NCBI RefSeq assembly: GCF_006345805.1
Contig: NC_043006.1
Location: 47,678,001 to 47,742,000 of the forward strand
Source of the DNA: Octopus sinensis
Lineage: Eukaryota
Length of the DNA stretch: 64,000 bases
Direction of reading: 5' to 3'
The notes under the pieces were generated by a model, which was given only the letters and a program-made list of their open reading frames with translations, ran no database searches and was not told the origin of the DNA. A program made the translations under genes and the position numbers. Positions 28,501 to 41,975 of the stretch are shown in pieces (the stretch's first letter is position 1; each line of letters starts with the position of its first letter).

Positions 28501-29071
28501 TTGGGCAGTCCGGAAAGTTCGTGCCGATTTATAGTAATTTACCTTCGACTTATTTTAGAACATGGTTCAGTCCATAAAATAGGATTTGACTACACCTCCA
28601 TTTAGAGGACAGTTTAAGCTATCTTTTCGTGGAAGAAGGTTTATGTGTTTATGTACCTATAACCTGTGTTAATTCTGTAACCCTTTAAAATGGAAGATAA
28701 GTAAGTTCATTTTCGGCACTTGATGCTTTGGGAACCAGACAAAATTTGCTACAGATCGGCTGGGATGTTACCTCACCCTCCATACTCACCAGATATTGCT
28801 CCTTCGGATTTCCACTTATTCAGGTATCTGCAGAATAATCTTAATGATAAAAATTTCAATTCCTTGGATGACGTAAAAAGATACCTTGATGAATTCTTTG
28901 CCATGGAACCACCTCAATTCTGGGAAGAGGGTATTTTCAAGTTAAACGAAAGATGGAGATGCATTGTGCAACAAAATGGTTAATATTTGGTTGATTAAAA
29001 ATGTAATGGCAAGTATTTATTGGCCTTTTTCTTTCCTTTAAAAATCGGCATGTACTTTCCGGACAACTCAA
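28501..29071 (+). mobile_element. Non-autonomous mariner, second copy of the family at 3999-4550
   Basis: Same TIRs, TA duplications at 28499-28500 and 29072-29073, and remnant LPHPPYSPDIAPSDFHLFRYLQNNLN...WEEGIFKLNERWRCIVQQNG. Confidence 0.92.
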
Positions 29072-29724
29072 TATATAGACCGGGTTATCAGAGGCGATGG
29101 TTATAAGAGGCGACGTTACGATACTCAGTGTCTGAAATTTGTTAGATAGTCCCACACTAAATCAACTTGAGTCATTGTTGCTTTTTGCTTTTCTGTTATT
29201 TTTTTTTTCCTTTTAGCGGAATGACTGCTGACTAATACAAAGGTAGAACAGATTACAGGGGAAAAAAATCCAACGAGAATAAAAAAAAGGATGGATATTG
29301 AATCACAATTGTTTGTGTTATATATGAGGCCTTTACATTGTTTGTAAGTTATACGGGAAAAAAAGAACACTGGTTATCTAGTGAAGTAGAATACTTTCTT
29401 GTCAAGTACAATGGTTTATGATATTTCTTTTAGTAACGAAACTGATTTGTTCTGACTAGAGCTGATATTAAATTCCTAGTGTATTATTTGTTTCAACGAC
29501 CATGATAGCATGGTAAGTTAGTTTTAGTATACGTCTGAGGTTACAACTGACAGAAGTTGATACCCTAAAGAATTAGTATTTTCATTTTGATATATTTACT
29601 ACGTTATTGATGATGTTGAATGTGAGAGGAGTGGGGGAAGCATTACCATAATGATGACGATGAGGAGGAGGATAAGGATGGATGATAAAGAGGAAGGGGA
29701 TGATAGTGGTGGTGGTGGTGATGG

Positions 29725-29758
<34 letters not shown>

Positions 29759-31129
29759 ATGATGATGATGGTAGTGATGATGATAATGATGATGATGGTG
29801 GTGGTGGTGGTGGTGGTGGTGGTGGTGGTGATGATGAGGATGGTGATGATGATGATGATATCATCATCATTTTCATCACGTGGAGAAGATTGAGGAGTTT
29901 GAAAAAGCTAAGCTACCTCTAATCACTCGCCTCAAATTTAAAGAATAGGAATTTGAATACTTCGTCTTAGTAGTTCGGCAACTTGAACGGAAGGTCGGTT
30001 TGTTGCACGTCTGCAGACCAGAGAACCGTATAAGATTAATGCAATTCCTCGATGCTTTACTTAGGACTATAACATTACCTATAACTTACATCGTTAGAAT
30101 GCATCGATAGAAAAGATTTCCCATTGGGGTTTCACCGTAGTACAATTCTTGTGAAAAATCAAGCCAACAAGGGAATGTTTATGATGTCTTTCTACCTGCT
30201 ACAAATGGTAGCTAAATTTCTTATAAATTATTTTCAGTTGTCATTGAGAGAATATACGATGATATAATGCATGCTATGTTAGTAGATATTACGAGAAACC
30301 TAGACTGAAATACTGGGTGATATTTTGGGGGTACACTTTTAAATTTGGAAAGATGATTGCGTAGGATTTGTGTTGCTGAGTAAAAGTCGTTTGTACGAAT
30401 GAGTAATTTCTTCCTGAATCGCAGCTTTTTTTCTTTGTCTAAAGGGTTCGAATGCAGCTATGAAGAAAGCACTAATGATTGCTTGGGCTAAAATTTTGTC
30501 TTAAGGTTGGGTGTAGAGTTACATGAAGGATGACTTCAGCAATTAATCGATATGTCTGTGACGTTTTATTGGAGACGCAATTCTATTATCATAAATAGCA
30601 TAATTATAGCTTTGGGACCACTACCCAGCTGACTTAATACGCTGCAAAGTACGAGCCGTAGGCTAGTGTTGCATAGTATGTCTTTGAAATTTAAATAAAC
30701 GCAATATATCAGTGATCCAATGACCTGATAGACACAGCGACGGCGATGATTAGAGATACTTTGAATAGGTGTCTGTATCTCGGTTACGAGTGTGAGTAAG
30801 GAATGAAACTACTTGATGCAGAGGTCGTAGCAGTGAAGAACTGAAAGGAGTACAATCTATAGGCTGTAATATATTTACTCAGCTGCACTCATGATTAAGC
30901 CTCCTACTTTCTACTGATACTGTAATCTATAAGACATTTTGTTGGAGAAAATGTTATGAGGGATGATGAGATGTCTTACATCATACTAATAATATAAAAT
31001 GACGTATGCCACAATGGACTAATATACCTTCTTTAAAAATATCTAATATAAAAGTCAATTTAACTGAAGGTATTTATAACCATGTACTTTATCGGAGTAA
31101 TGCGGATATTTTGGAGATGCATGTGTTAA

Positions 31130-31360
31130 TAGTTAGAGATGTGTAATTATGGTCGTAATATTGTAGTTTCGATTCCTGGACAAATTGATGCCCCCCTGAT
31201 GAGTAAAATCGTCATTTCAAATTGGTCCAGTCCACTCAGCAGACAAAACTGAATAATCTTGTGATGGATCGGTGGTTTATCTGGGAGTGGCATATATACA
31301 CCAGGGAAACCGACCGAACTTGTCAGCCGATGGCTCGTGAAGGACCGCTGACCCTCTTTT
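31130..31360 (+). mobile_element. SINE family C (tRNA head plus ccagtccactcagc core-like box), diverged
   Basis: Shares gtttcgattcc...gtccactcagc with the copies at 59630 and 53640. Confidence 0.5.
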
Positions 31361-32132
31361 TAAAAATATGAATATTGGATATCAATATAACTCAATCGAT
31401 AGTTTTTTAAATGGTTGAGTATTAGTAATGTACAATAAAGTGCTCAGAACAAGTTTAATGTAGACGAAAACAGATGGTTAGAGGGGTGTGTGGCATGGAC
31501 AGAAAGAGAGGAAAAGTAGGTGACACTGAGGGTGAGTACATAACGAGGAATAATCGGGGTAGAACCTGCACGTATATGATAATAAGTAGGTTGGTGAATA
31601 GTTTATAGGACAGAGGGAAATGCTGATATGCCATGTAACAATGTTTCAAAGAAAACTTAGTGTATTTGTGTTTTTGTTTTCATGTGTGTGAAGGTGCTTC
31701 TGCAACAAATTATTAAAAAAGTGGGTGTCAAAATTTATAACAAAGTAGAAGGCGAAGAATGATATTTAGAATATAATCAGTCTCGTGCAGCCCAGCAGAA
31801 GAAGTAGAATTAAAGATGCGTGTGTGTGTGTGTGTGTGTTTTAGTTAAAGTCACGGGTTTAAATCTATCCAGATAACGTCTAAAGAGCTAGAAATGCGCC
31901 TGAACAGTACTGAACAGATATGGTGCTTTTACACCTTTCTTAAGCTTACACTTTTGCTAATATCTAGTTTCTTCAAGTTTTCCTTCACACAGTCTTTATA
32001 CCTTTTTCTCGGCTTATGTTCAGGTCGCTTTTTATGGTGAGTTGAGCTCACCATAAAAAAACACAATTTGGCAAACGTTCGCTTTCATTCTAATAACATG
32101 TCCACTCCATCTCATTTGATGAACAACCTGTT

Positions 32133-32180
<48 letters not shown>

Positions 32181-32204
32181 CATACATACATACCTACACA
32201 TATA

Positions 32205-32432
32205 TTTCCTTACTACCCACAAGGGGCTAAACATAGAGGGGACAAACAAGGACAGACAAAGGGATTAAGTCGATTACATAGACCCCAGTGCGAAACTGGT
32301 ACTTTATTTATCGACCCAGAAAAGATGAAAGGCAAAGTCGACCTCGGCGGAATTTGAACTCAGAACGTAACGGCAGACGAAATACGGCTATGCATTTCGC
32401 TCAGCGTGCTAACGTTTCTCCCAGCTCGCCCC
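32205..32432 (-). mobile_element. SINE family B, head plus one unit
   Basis: Reverse complement of the family B sequence. Confidence 0.82.
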
Positions 32433-32483
32433 CTTTAATATATGTATGTCTATATATACATATATATAGACATACATATATAC

Positions 32484-32522
<39 letters not shown>

Positions 32523-32718
32523 GAGATAGATAGATACGTAGATACATACATACATATGTTGTCTTTTATCCAAGATTGAGGTGTATACCAACGTCCCGTG
32601 GTATACACCTAAATAATTGTTGAGACATGTCCCCCTTCCAAAAGGAAAACCATGGTAATCTGGTTACCCCACAAATAAAGAAAATTTATCTGTCAATGCT
32701 GTTCGATATTATCGTGTG

Positions 32719-32755
<37 letters not shown>

Positions 32756-32893
32756 TTATGTATGTATGTATGTATATATGTATATATATATATATATGTA
32801 TATATAAATATATATATATGTATATATAAATATATATATATATACATACATACCTAAATACATACATATACATGCTAATATGTATTTGTATGT

Positions 32894-32935
<42 letters not shown>

Positions 32936-33464
32936 TCTGTACAGAGAAATTCTAGCAGATGGTATGTTACAGATGAAAAATAATTACAAATAGATAGAGA
33001 GGGAGAGTGTGCGTTTGTGTAAGTATGCAGGCATGGGTATGTCTTTTTAAACGAGAAACAAGAAAAGGAGAGTTTCTTGTTTCTAAAATGTGTCATGAGA
33101 TGTTTGTTAGCAGGAAGATAGAGACAAAGTGTAAGACGTAACAAGAACGCCACGGTGTCCCGTTTGAGGAATTGCAAGGGAGAAGGAGTGAAGATGGATT
33201 ACGAAGGGGTGAACATCATACACGTAGAGAGGTTACATGAATGGGAAAGAGAGAGATACAGAGAGAGTGGGGAATGCGAGGGAGGTGGGAGAGAAACCAC
33301 GTTGAATAATCAATATAAAAATCAAGAAAATGAATGAAACAAAGGAAGAAGTATTTTATATGAGATTTGCGGTAACATTCGTAAACATCCTGTGGGAGAT
33401 GCATAATGACGTAAAAAAAGTGCAATAGCGACAAGAGGAGGAGAAGAAGAAGAAGAAGAAGAGA

Positions 33465-33496
<32 letters not shown>

Positions 33497-34753
33497 AGAA
33501 GGAAGAAGAAGAAGAAGAAGAAGAAGAAGAAGAAGAAGAAGAAGAAGAAGAAGAAGCCCTTGGGAAGAAGATCCAATGGATGACGGAGTAATGGGTTTAA
33601 CCGGAGTATTGTTGACAAACACTGCAGACGTGACTAGTTTTACCAAAAGGCTGTCGTCTCCTGACAGCATGTGTCGCCATGATTGCAAACCTTGACTGAT
33701 TAAGGCCAACAGCAAAGAAATAAGAAATTGTTAAATATTTTCCACAGTGGTTCCTTTGTTATCTTTTTGTGTAGTTTTTTTTCTTTTAAGTTTTTTTTTT
33801 CTTTCTTTGTACTCTACCAAACAAATTGTCCTATAAGCTGCACATTCTATTGCAGTTTAAAAATAATAAAGGTTTATGAAATTTAGGGAAACAGTTAACA
33901 ATTTGCAGATGCTGGAATCCAATCAGGCAGACGCGTTAAATAATGCCACATACATCCAAATATAGTGGAAAGAAACTGAAGAAAGCCCCTCTCGTGTGTG
34001 TGTTTGTGTGTGTGTACAGTATATCCTATGTTTTTTAATCATTTGGTTATAATACAGCAAGGGGTTTACAACTTGTCGGAAACCCTAGAGCATACCAACA
34101 ACGCGCAATTCAAATTAACGCGGGATTTCAACCAGCCCCTAGGTGCTAAATACTCGTAGGGTTAGTTTTCTCAGAGTACGCAACCGGAATATCCTATTTT
34201 AAATTTACCAATTATAGGTCGGAACTATAAGTTTATCCAACCCTACTTGGTGCATATCTTTATAAATACCTAATTCAATCTGAACCCTTATTTTACTATA
34301 TAATTCTATGTGTAAGGATAAGCAAGTTTGGCAAGTCTATATACAAAAAGCATTAGATATATTTAATACTAAAAAGTGTACATATGTTTACATATAAGAT
34401 GGTCCGACTTACACAGAATAGAAATGATATCAGAAACAGCTGTTGGACTCGTAAAACTCCTATTGAACTCCTTTTAATTGCTAATAACATTTATATTCTG
34501 TGGAATTCGGATCTTCTTATATGTAATCTTCTTGTATGTATGCTTGTGTGTGTGTGTGTGTGTATGTTTGTCCCCTCACCATCGCTTGTCAACCGATGTT
34601 GGTGTATTTAAGTCATCATAATTTATTTAGGGTTCGGCAAAAAAATCGATAGAATAAGTACTAGGCTTACAAAGAATAAGTTCTTGCGTTTATTTGTTCG
34701 ACTAAATATAGTGCCAAAGCATAGTCGCAGTCAAATGACTGGAACAAGTAAAA

Positions 34754-34788
<35 letters not shown>

Positions 34789-34847
34789 TATATATACAGT
34801 GAAAGAAAGAGAGAGAAATAAATAGACATACAGACAGACAGACAGAC

Positions 34848-34921
<74 letters not shown>

Positions 34922-35244
34922 TCATAGCAAATGTAAGAATTAAGAATCAAGGTGTGGGAAGAAAGTGAGCTTCAAGCAATCCGTAGAAAATATAAAAAAA
35001 ACAACCTTCAGGAAAAATTGTTTTCTAGGGCGGAAGGGTATGGATTATTTTCCGTATCGAAGTACGATAAGCCGAAAAAAAATATTTTATATCTTACGAT
35101 AGGCATCCAGGGTTGCCAAGTACGTATATATTGTATATGTATGCAAGCGCACCTTCATTTTGGGATCACCACTACATTATTATCTCCCCCTTCTTCATAG
35201 CACTCCTTTGTGACATCTCTGTCCAGCATTCGGCATGATAGATC

Positions 35245-35440
35245 GCTTACCACTACACATACTTTATTTTCTCTCCTTGTTTCTTTCTGTGTTCCTTTCT
35301 GTAGAAGAGCGTATGCTCGAACATTAAAGACTTTTTCACTTCTCGAGCGATAAACTAATACAACTCTTTGTTGTCTACACCACCTGTCTTCGTCTTTTGT
35401 TTTTGTTTGTTTTTTTGTGAATTCTCCCCAAAATATATAC
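35245..35440 (+). mobile_element. Interspersed repeat family D (probably Penelope-derived, carries a degenerate minimal hammerhead motif)
   Basis: Homologous to 59835-59930 and 63540-63750; contains ctttctgtagaagagcgtatgctcgaacattaaag. Confidence 0.6.
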
Positions 35441-35833
35441 ATACATACACACCCATACAAATTTGTGTGCGTGTGTGCAGCCGCATGTGTCTGTGTATGT
35501 ATGTATGCGGGTTAGTGCTCAGGTTGCTTCCCTGATGATAATAAGGTTGTTCTTTTGATGACTGGACCGAGCGATGTTATTGAACAAAACACTTCATTTG
35601 AATTTTTTTCTATCCACTCAGCCGGCAAAATCAATAATCTTGCGATTGTATTTATATTATTTAATAAACGCTAAATACCTTTTTATGAGCTATTAATAGT
35701 TTCATGCGATAAGAACAATTCCGACAGCATTTTATAACACGTATGGTGCCCTCACACAATCGTCAGTCCCGGACGTGTTATAAAAGCCACAAGTGTTATT
35801 AAATATTGAGTTGTTTGCATCACATGAAACTAT

Positions 35834-35924
<91 letters not shown>

Positions 35925-37129
35925 TGCTTATTAAATAATATTTATCTCTAACCAGATTTTGTACTAACCATCAGAACAATATCTACCGTATTTTAACGTG
36001 TAGAAAGAAAACCATTTTGTCAAAAATTAGGTTTAGAACATATAGGAGTTTCTTATACATGGATAGTATTATACTCCCTTACAAAACTTTTTTCCCAATT
36101 TTAAACCCCGCTAAATTAGGAGGTTTCTTATACGCGTGAAAATAAGGTATCTATCCATCTATCTCCCTATATATAAGTGCTTGTATGTGTATGTATAAGT
36201 GTATGTATGTACATTTACACGTATGTCGGCATGCATATATATGTGTGTGATTTTGCGTTTGTGCGTGGTCCTGTAACGTCGGGGTTCAACAATAATGGAC
36301 CGATAGAAAAAAGTTGAAGATATTAAAAATAAGCACTGGGTCGCTTTGTACAACTGCACCATTTGAGGACGCAGTCCAATGGCTGTAAAACAAAGACATA
36401 AAATACAACAAATTAAAGAACTATTATTTCTCATTTACCCTATCTCAACAATGATTGAAATTTCAGGAGCTATATTATCATAAACGGCCTAACTGCGCTG
36501 ACCAAACTAATTTGACTCGTATCTTCTTTCGTTGCAGAACGAATGGAGCCAATGATGCAGCTGGCTAGCTTTTAAATTTCAGATAGGATGTCGGAGATAA
36601 GGGCAAATAAAGAATGAGATACAGAGAAATAGAGAACAAGTTGAAAAGAGAGCAAACATCCAAATCCTGAAGAAATAAATAAATACAAATATGAACGAAT
36701 GAATGAGTGAATGAAAAGAATATAGATGGGTCTAGGGACAGGAAGGGGACACGATTACAACGTAGTGTTTGGACAGATGGATAATGAATGTGGGCGCCAC
36801 TTCGGTTTTGGCTCTGTCGCGCGGAGCTTTGTACTCGGTGACAAATTACACATTGTGTTGCATATACCTCGGTGATTATGATGACAATGATGATTGCGTT
36901 GATAACAATCGTTATAATGATGGTGATCTTGAAGAAGCAGAATGATGACAATGGTATGGGAAACGATGACGGGGAGGAGGAAAAGAAAGAGGGAGGAAGG
37001 AGGGAGGGGGCGGGGAGGGGGAGGAAGAGGACGAGGGAGATGAGGTGGATTTAAGTGACGATCGGGAGAGAAGAAAATTAATGTGAAGGACGAAAATGGA
37101 ATAATGATGACCGTAGTACAGATTAAAAT

Positions 37130-37445
37130 CGATGATGATGATGACCATGATGATGATGATGATGGTATTGATGATGATGATGAGGATGATGATGACGACG
37201 ACGATGATGATGATGACGACGATGATGATGATAGTGATGATGATGATGACGATGATGATAATGATAATGATGTTGATGATGACGACGACGACGATGATGG
37301 TGATCATAATGATGATGGAGATGACGATAATGATGATGGTGATGGTGCGGATGATGAAGATGATGATGATGATGCAGATGACGACGATGACAATGATGAT
37401 GATGAGGAGGAGGAGGAGGATGGTGGTGATGATGGTGATGATGAC

Positions 37446-37486
<41 letters not shown>

Positions 37487-37790
37487 CGACGACGACGATG
37501 GTGATGATGACGACGATGATGATGATAGTGATGATGATGATAATGATAATGATGTTGATGATGACGACAACGACGATGATGATGGTGATCATGATGATGA
37601 TGAAGATGACAATAATGATGATGGTGATGGTGCGGATGATGATGATGATGATGATGCAGATGACGACGATGACAATGATGATGATGATGAGGAGGAGGAG
37701 GATGGTGGTGATGATGGTGATGATGACGATGATGATGATGATGATGATGATGATAATGATGACGAAGATGTCGACGAAGACGAAGCTATT
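37130..37790. repeat. (GAT)n-based array with a ~294-bp internal higher-order duplication
   Basis: The distinctive string atagtgatg...ggtgcggatg...gcagatgac...gaggaggaggag occurs at ~37231 and again at ~37525. Confidence 0.9.
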
Positions 37791-38019
37791 GACTTGGCTT
37801 TTTATCAATGTTGCTGTTGCTGATGGCAATAACGATCGAGCTGATCGTAATCAAGATTGTGACGATGATCGTGATGGGAAATGATACCCTTGCAAAACAA
37901 ACAATATCGATTATGTACAATGGAAATGTTTCACAAGCACATTAACATAGGATGCTCTGGCGCGCAGGACTATCTTGTAGATATAATTCATTGTAAACCT
38001 GAAATCAAGCTGGTGGTGA

Positions 38020-38058
38020 TAGTGACGGCGACGGCGGCGGCAGCAGCAGCAGTAGTAA

Positions 38059-38102
<44 letters not shown>

Positions 38103-38151
38103 TTTATCGTTGCTGGAGTTGCGGCAGTAGTAGCAGTAGCAGCAATAGTAA

Positions 38152-38193
<42 letters not shown>

Positions 38194-38471
38194 TAGTAGC
38201 AGCAGTAGCAGTATTGGTAGTGATGGTAGTAGTAGCTGTAGCAGCAGCAGCTCTCGGCAGTAGTGCAGTAGCAGCAGTAGCAGCGATAGTAGTAAGAGTA
38301 GTAGTAATAGCAGCAGTAGTATTAGTGATAGTTGTAGTAGTTGTAGCAGCAGCATCAGTATTGTCGGTAGTAGTAGTAGTAGTAGTAGTAGTACCTCCAA
38401 CACCAGCAACAGTAGAAGCAGCAGCAACAGCAGTAGAAGTAGTAATAGTAGTATCAGCAGCAGCAGCAGTG

Positions 38472-38502
<31 letters not shown>

Positions 38503-38540
38503 TAGTAGTAGCTTAAACAGCAGCAGCAGTAGTAGTAGTC
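38020..38540. repeat. (GTA/GCA)n trinucleotide array
   Basis: Direct sequence. Confidence 0.95.
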
Positions 38541-38763
38541 AGCCAGTCTAATTTCCTTGGTTTACAGGACAATATTACAAGTGGCATATATTTCACATTA
38601 GTGGTACCGCGCTTAGTCTCTTTATTGTTTCACCTTAGAGCTCAGGAAGGACTGCTCTAATCTAACAGACAGGTGATCGAATTCATACCAATCCTGATTG
38701 TCCCTCATTCTTTCTAGACTATATATTTATTACTACAACATTGATATGTGTCTTCGTATTTCT

Positions 38764-39265
38764 AAATTATACCAAATCCTGGTAAAATTAAAGTATATAC
38801 TTCTGGGTGTCCAAAAAATCAAAATAAATGTTGATATAAAATTGGATCTCCTCCTCCTCTTGGATAAAAAATTGTAGTATTAAAATTTCGATCGGTTAAA
38901 AGTATAGTAATTGCTCCAGCGAGAACTGGTAATGATAGTAATAGTAAAATTGCAGTAATAAAGACAGATCATACAAATAGAGGGAGGTGTTCTATTAATA
39001 TTCCTTCTCATCGTATATTAATAATAGTTGTGATAAAGTTAATAGCTCAAAGAATTGATTGAGATACCTGCTAGATGGAGTGAGAAAATAGCTAGGTCAA
39101 CAGGTCCTATATGGGCTAAATTTCTTGCAAGAGGTGGATAAACGGTTCATCCAGTACCTACACCTCTTTCAAGAAATTTAGCCCATATAGGACTTCTGTT
39201 GACCTAGCTATTTTCTCACTCCATCTAGCAGGTATCTTATCAATTCTTGGAGCTATTAACTTTAT
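38764..39265 (-). pseudogene. COX1: NUMT: mitochondrial cytochrome c oxidase subunit I fragment with a terminal fold-back duplication
   Basis: Minus strand, invertebrate mitochondrial code: GTGWTVYPPL...[14 protein letters not shown]...NFITTIINMRWEGM...[19 protein letters not shown]...[30 protein letters not shown], with indels. 39161-39265 is an inverted second copy of part of it. Confidence 0.95.
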
Positions 39266-39711
39266 AATGGTGAAATTATTATGGGTGAAATCTAGTGAGG
39301 TATCTTGCGGGACCAGTGACCACGTACTGTTTCCTGCATTGGCACGAGGTATTTGATGTTGATGTTGATGTTATTGTTGTCACTTCAAACCTGCTGTTCC
39401 TTCACCTATGTTTATAAAACTCTATATTGAATTACAACATCCATTACGACATTCTGCGCACGTAGGTCGATGTGTGTGTATGCGTGTGCATATATATGTA
39501 TGCTTATTTGTGCGTTTGAATGTGATTACATTTGCGTGATTGTATTCGTACTTCTATATATGTGCATGTGCGCGAGTTTGTGTTTGCTTGTATGTGTCCT
39601 TCTGTACTTATGTAAGTGTGCATGTTTGTGTGTGTTTCTTTGACAATTGGCTTGATTTAAGGAAACATTTTTAGCTATATGTGACAAGGATCTCTCACAG
39701 GCTAATTTTCC

Positions 39712-40040
39712 ATTGTAGAGCTTTGGTGTTGGAGAAGACTTCTACGGATTCCATGGAGAGCGAGGCTCATCAATGGAGAAGTTCTTAAGCAGATCAGGCC
39801 GAAAATGTCTCTAGAAGCTAGGATCACCAAGCATAGATTGGCATATTTCGGTCATGTCATGCGGAGAAAATCCCTGGAGAAGAACATCATGCTCGGAATA
39901 GTCAGTAACAAGAGAGGAAGAGGCCGACCAAGAATCCGCTGGCTTGGCAACATCAAGAGTGATACCGGAATGGACATAGCCAATCTGAAAGAAGCGGCCC
40001 AGGATAGAACTGACTGGAAGACACTGATCCAACGAGTAAG

Positions 40041-40051
<11 letters not shown>
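39712..40051 (+). mobile_element. 3' region of a BovB-like RTE LINE
   Basis: Translation gives ELWCWRRLLRIPW...SLEARITKHRLAYFGHVMRRKSLEKNIMLGIV...RGRGRPRIRWL. Confidence 0.88.
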
Positions 40052-40081
<30 letters not shown>

Positions 40082-40083
<2 letters not shown>

Positions 40084-40307
40084 CACAAAGTAGATGTAGC
40101 GGTTTTTAAATCAAAGCTAGACATCTTCCTGTCAAGAGTCCCAGATGAACCTACCTCACGGCAAGAGGTGCAAGTTAGAGTAGCTGTATCAAACTCCATT
40201 CTTCACCAAGTGCCATATATTAGACGAGGTTCGTCGCAATAACAGTGTAGCACAAAACGGCGGTGCATCAGCATGGCCGCAGCTCTGAGCTGAAACTAAA
40301 AAAAAAT
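40082..40307 (+). mobile_element. 3' end of a CR1/L2-group LINE whose tail matches the SINE family A tail
   Basis: ORF end VDVAVFKSKLDIFLSRVPDEPT...SNSILHQ, then ggcggtgcatcagcatggccgcagctctgagctgaaact and poly(A). Confidence 0.72.
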
Positions 40308-40316
40308 AATAAATAT

Positions 40317-40347
<31 letters not shown>

Positions 40348-40600
40348 GATGAAAATGAATGAGTTTTCCATATTCTTGGTTAGATCTATACCAGACCTAT
40401 TTCATCACTCCTGTGGCCAAAAATATTCCCGGCATGAACATCATTTAGAAAAAAGACATAGCATGTAGGAATTTATAGCACGTTATGCCATCGTCTTTGG
40501 TTTGCATAGAACTCAATACCTACGTTACGTTACATATCTAAGTCTGTCAGCTCCGTTGAATGAGACCAGTTATTCATTGTTTTGCATTTACGGGGTTAGT

Positions 40601-40818
40601 TCTCTTTTACTCTTTTAGTTGTTTCAGTCATTTGACTGTGGCTATGTTGGAGCACCGCCTTTAGTCGAGCAAATCGGCCCCAGGACTTATTCTTTGTAAG
40701 CTTAGTACTTATTCTATCGGTCTCTTTCGCCGAACCGCCAGGTTACGGCGACGTAAACACACCAGCATCGGTTGTCAAGCGATGTTGGGGGAAAAAACAC
40801 AGACACACAAACATATAC

Positions 40819-40857
<39 letters not shown>

Positions 40858-41017
40858 TACGACAGGTTTCTTTCAGTTTCCGTCTACCAAATCCACTCAC
40901 AAGGCTTTGTTCAGGGTTATAGTAGAAGACACTTGTCCAAGATGCCACGCAGTGGGAATGAACCCGGAACCATGTGGTTCGTAAGCAAGTTACTTACCAC
41001 ACAGCCACTCCTACGCC
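40601..41017 (-). mobile_element. SINE family A
   Basis: Reverse complement of the family A sequence. Confidence 0.9.
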
Positions 41018-41612
41018 TATATTAAAATGGAAACACAAGCGAAACTCTACTAAGCATTTCGCCCGGGGCGCTAACGTTTCTGCCAGCTCGCCGCTTTTAA
41101 TTTATTTCACAAATATTTTAATTTATTTTACAAATTAAAGCTGCGGCAAACAGAGGTGATGAAATAGTCTCCGTATGATTCATTGTGACTCAAAACTGAA
41201 TGAACTTGATATCAATTAGGAACAATTTATCAGGCAAGTTTAGATGTTCATCTAAAGTAGATAATATCAAAGTGCCCACAAGAAACATCAAAAGATCTTC
41301 ATTTGTATATATAGATATTGTCAAAGAGGAACAGAATTGAAAAATGTAATCAGTTTCATAAAGAAATGAATACAGTCAGCCAGTTTAGCACACGCCAATT
41401 TCGCTCTACAGACATTCGAGTGTGAACTGCGTAACCTTGTAGATACTTACATATAGCTTGATTGAGATGTCGTATGTGGTATCGTTTATTCTTTACCTGT
41501 TTCAGTCATTAGACTGCGGCCAAGCTAGGGCAGAGCCTTGAACTGCTTTTTTTATACATTATTTACATTATTTACATTTTATGGATATTTGTCCTCATCT
41601 GGTTTGTTGTTA

Positions 41613-41657
41613 GCACAACATTTCGGCTGATACATCCTCCAGCCTTCGTCAGATGTC
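41613..41657 (-). ncRNA. Minimal type I hammerhead ribozyme motif (Penelope-type), probably decayed
   Basis: Minus strand reads cat-CUGACGA-A-GGCUG-gaggauguau-CAGCC-GAAA-UG-UU-gug: intact core, 5-bp stem II, 3-bp stem I and a near-palindromic stem III. Confidence 0.65.
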
Positions 41658-41713
41658 TTGGGGGAAATTTCGAACCTGAGTTCTCATTCCTAAGGTATTT
41701 TTCGATGTTAATA

Positions 41714-41767
<54 letters not shown>

Positions 41768-41790
41768 GTGTTCTAATGTTATAATTTAGA

Positions 41791-41920
41791 GTATCTAAAA
41801 GATACCACCATGTTAGATATAGCAGCCAAAACTTGACTCTAGAACTACATTAAATGTTTAATGTGGTTCTAGAGACAAGTTTTGGCTGGTATATCTAGCA
41901 TGGTGGTATCTTTTAGATAC
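41791..41920. repeat. 130-bp near-perfect palindrome
   Basis: gtatctaaaagataccaccatg...acattaaa tg tttaatgt...catggtggtatcttttagatac; arms of ~64 bp with few mismatches and a 2-nt centre. Confidence 0.9.
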
Positions 41921-41938
41921 CCTTAATAGTAATTATAT

Positions 41939-41975
<37 letters not shown>

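Noticed and set aside
37083-37823. 246-aa poly-Asp ORF
   Set aside because: Trinucleotide array with an internal DNA duplication; not evidence of a gene.
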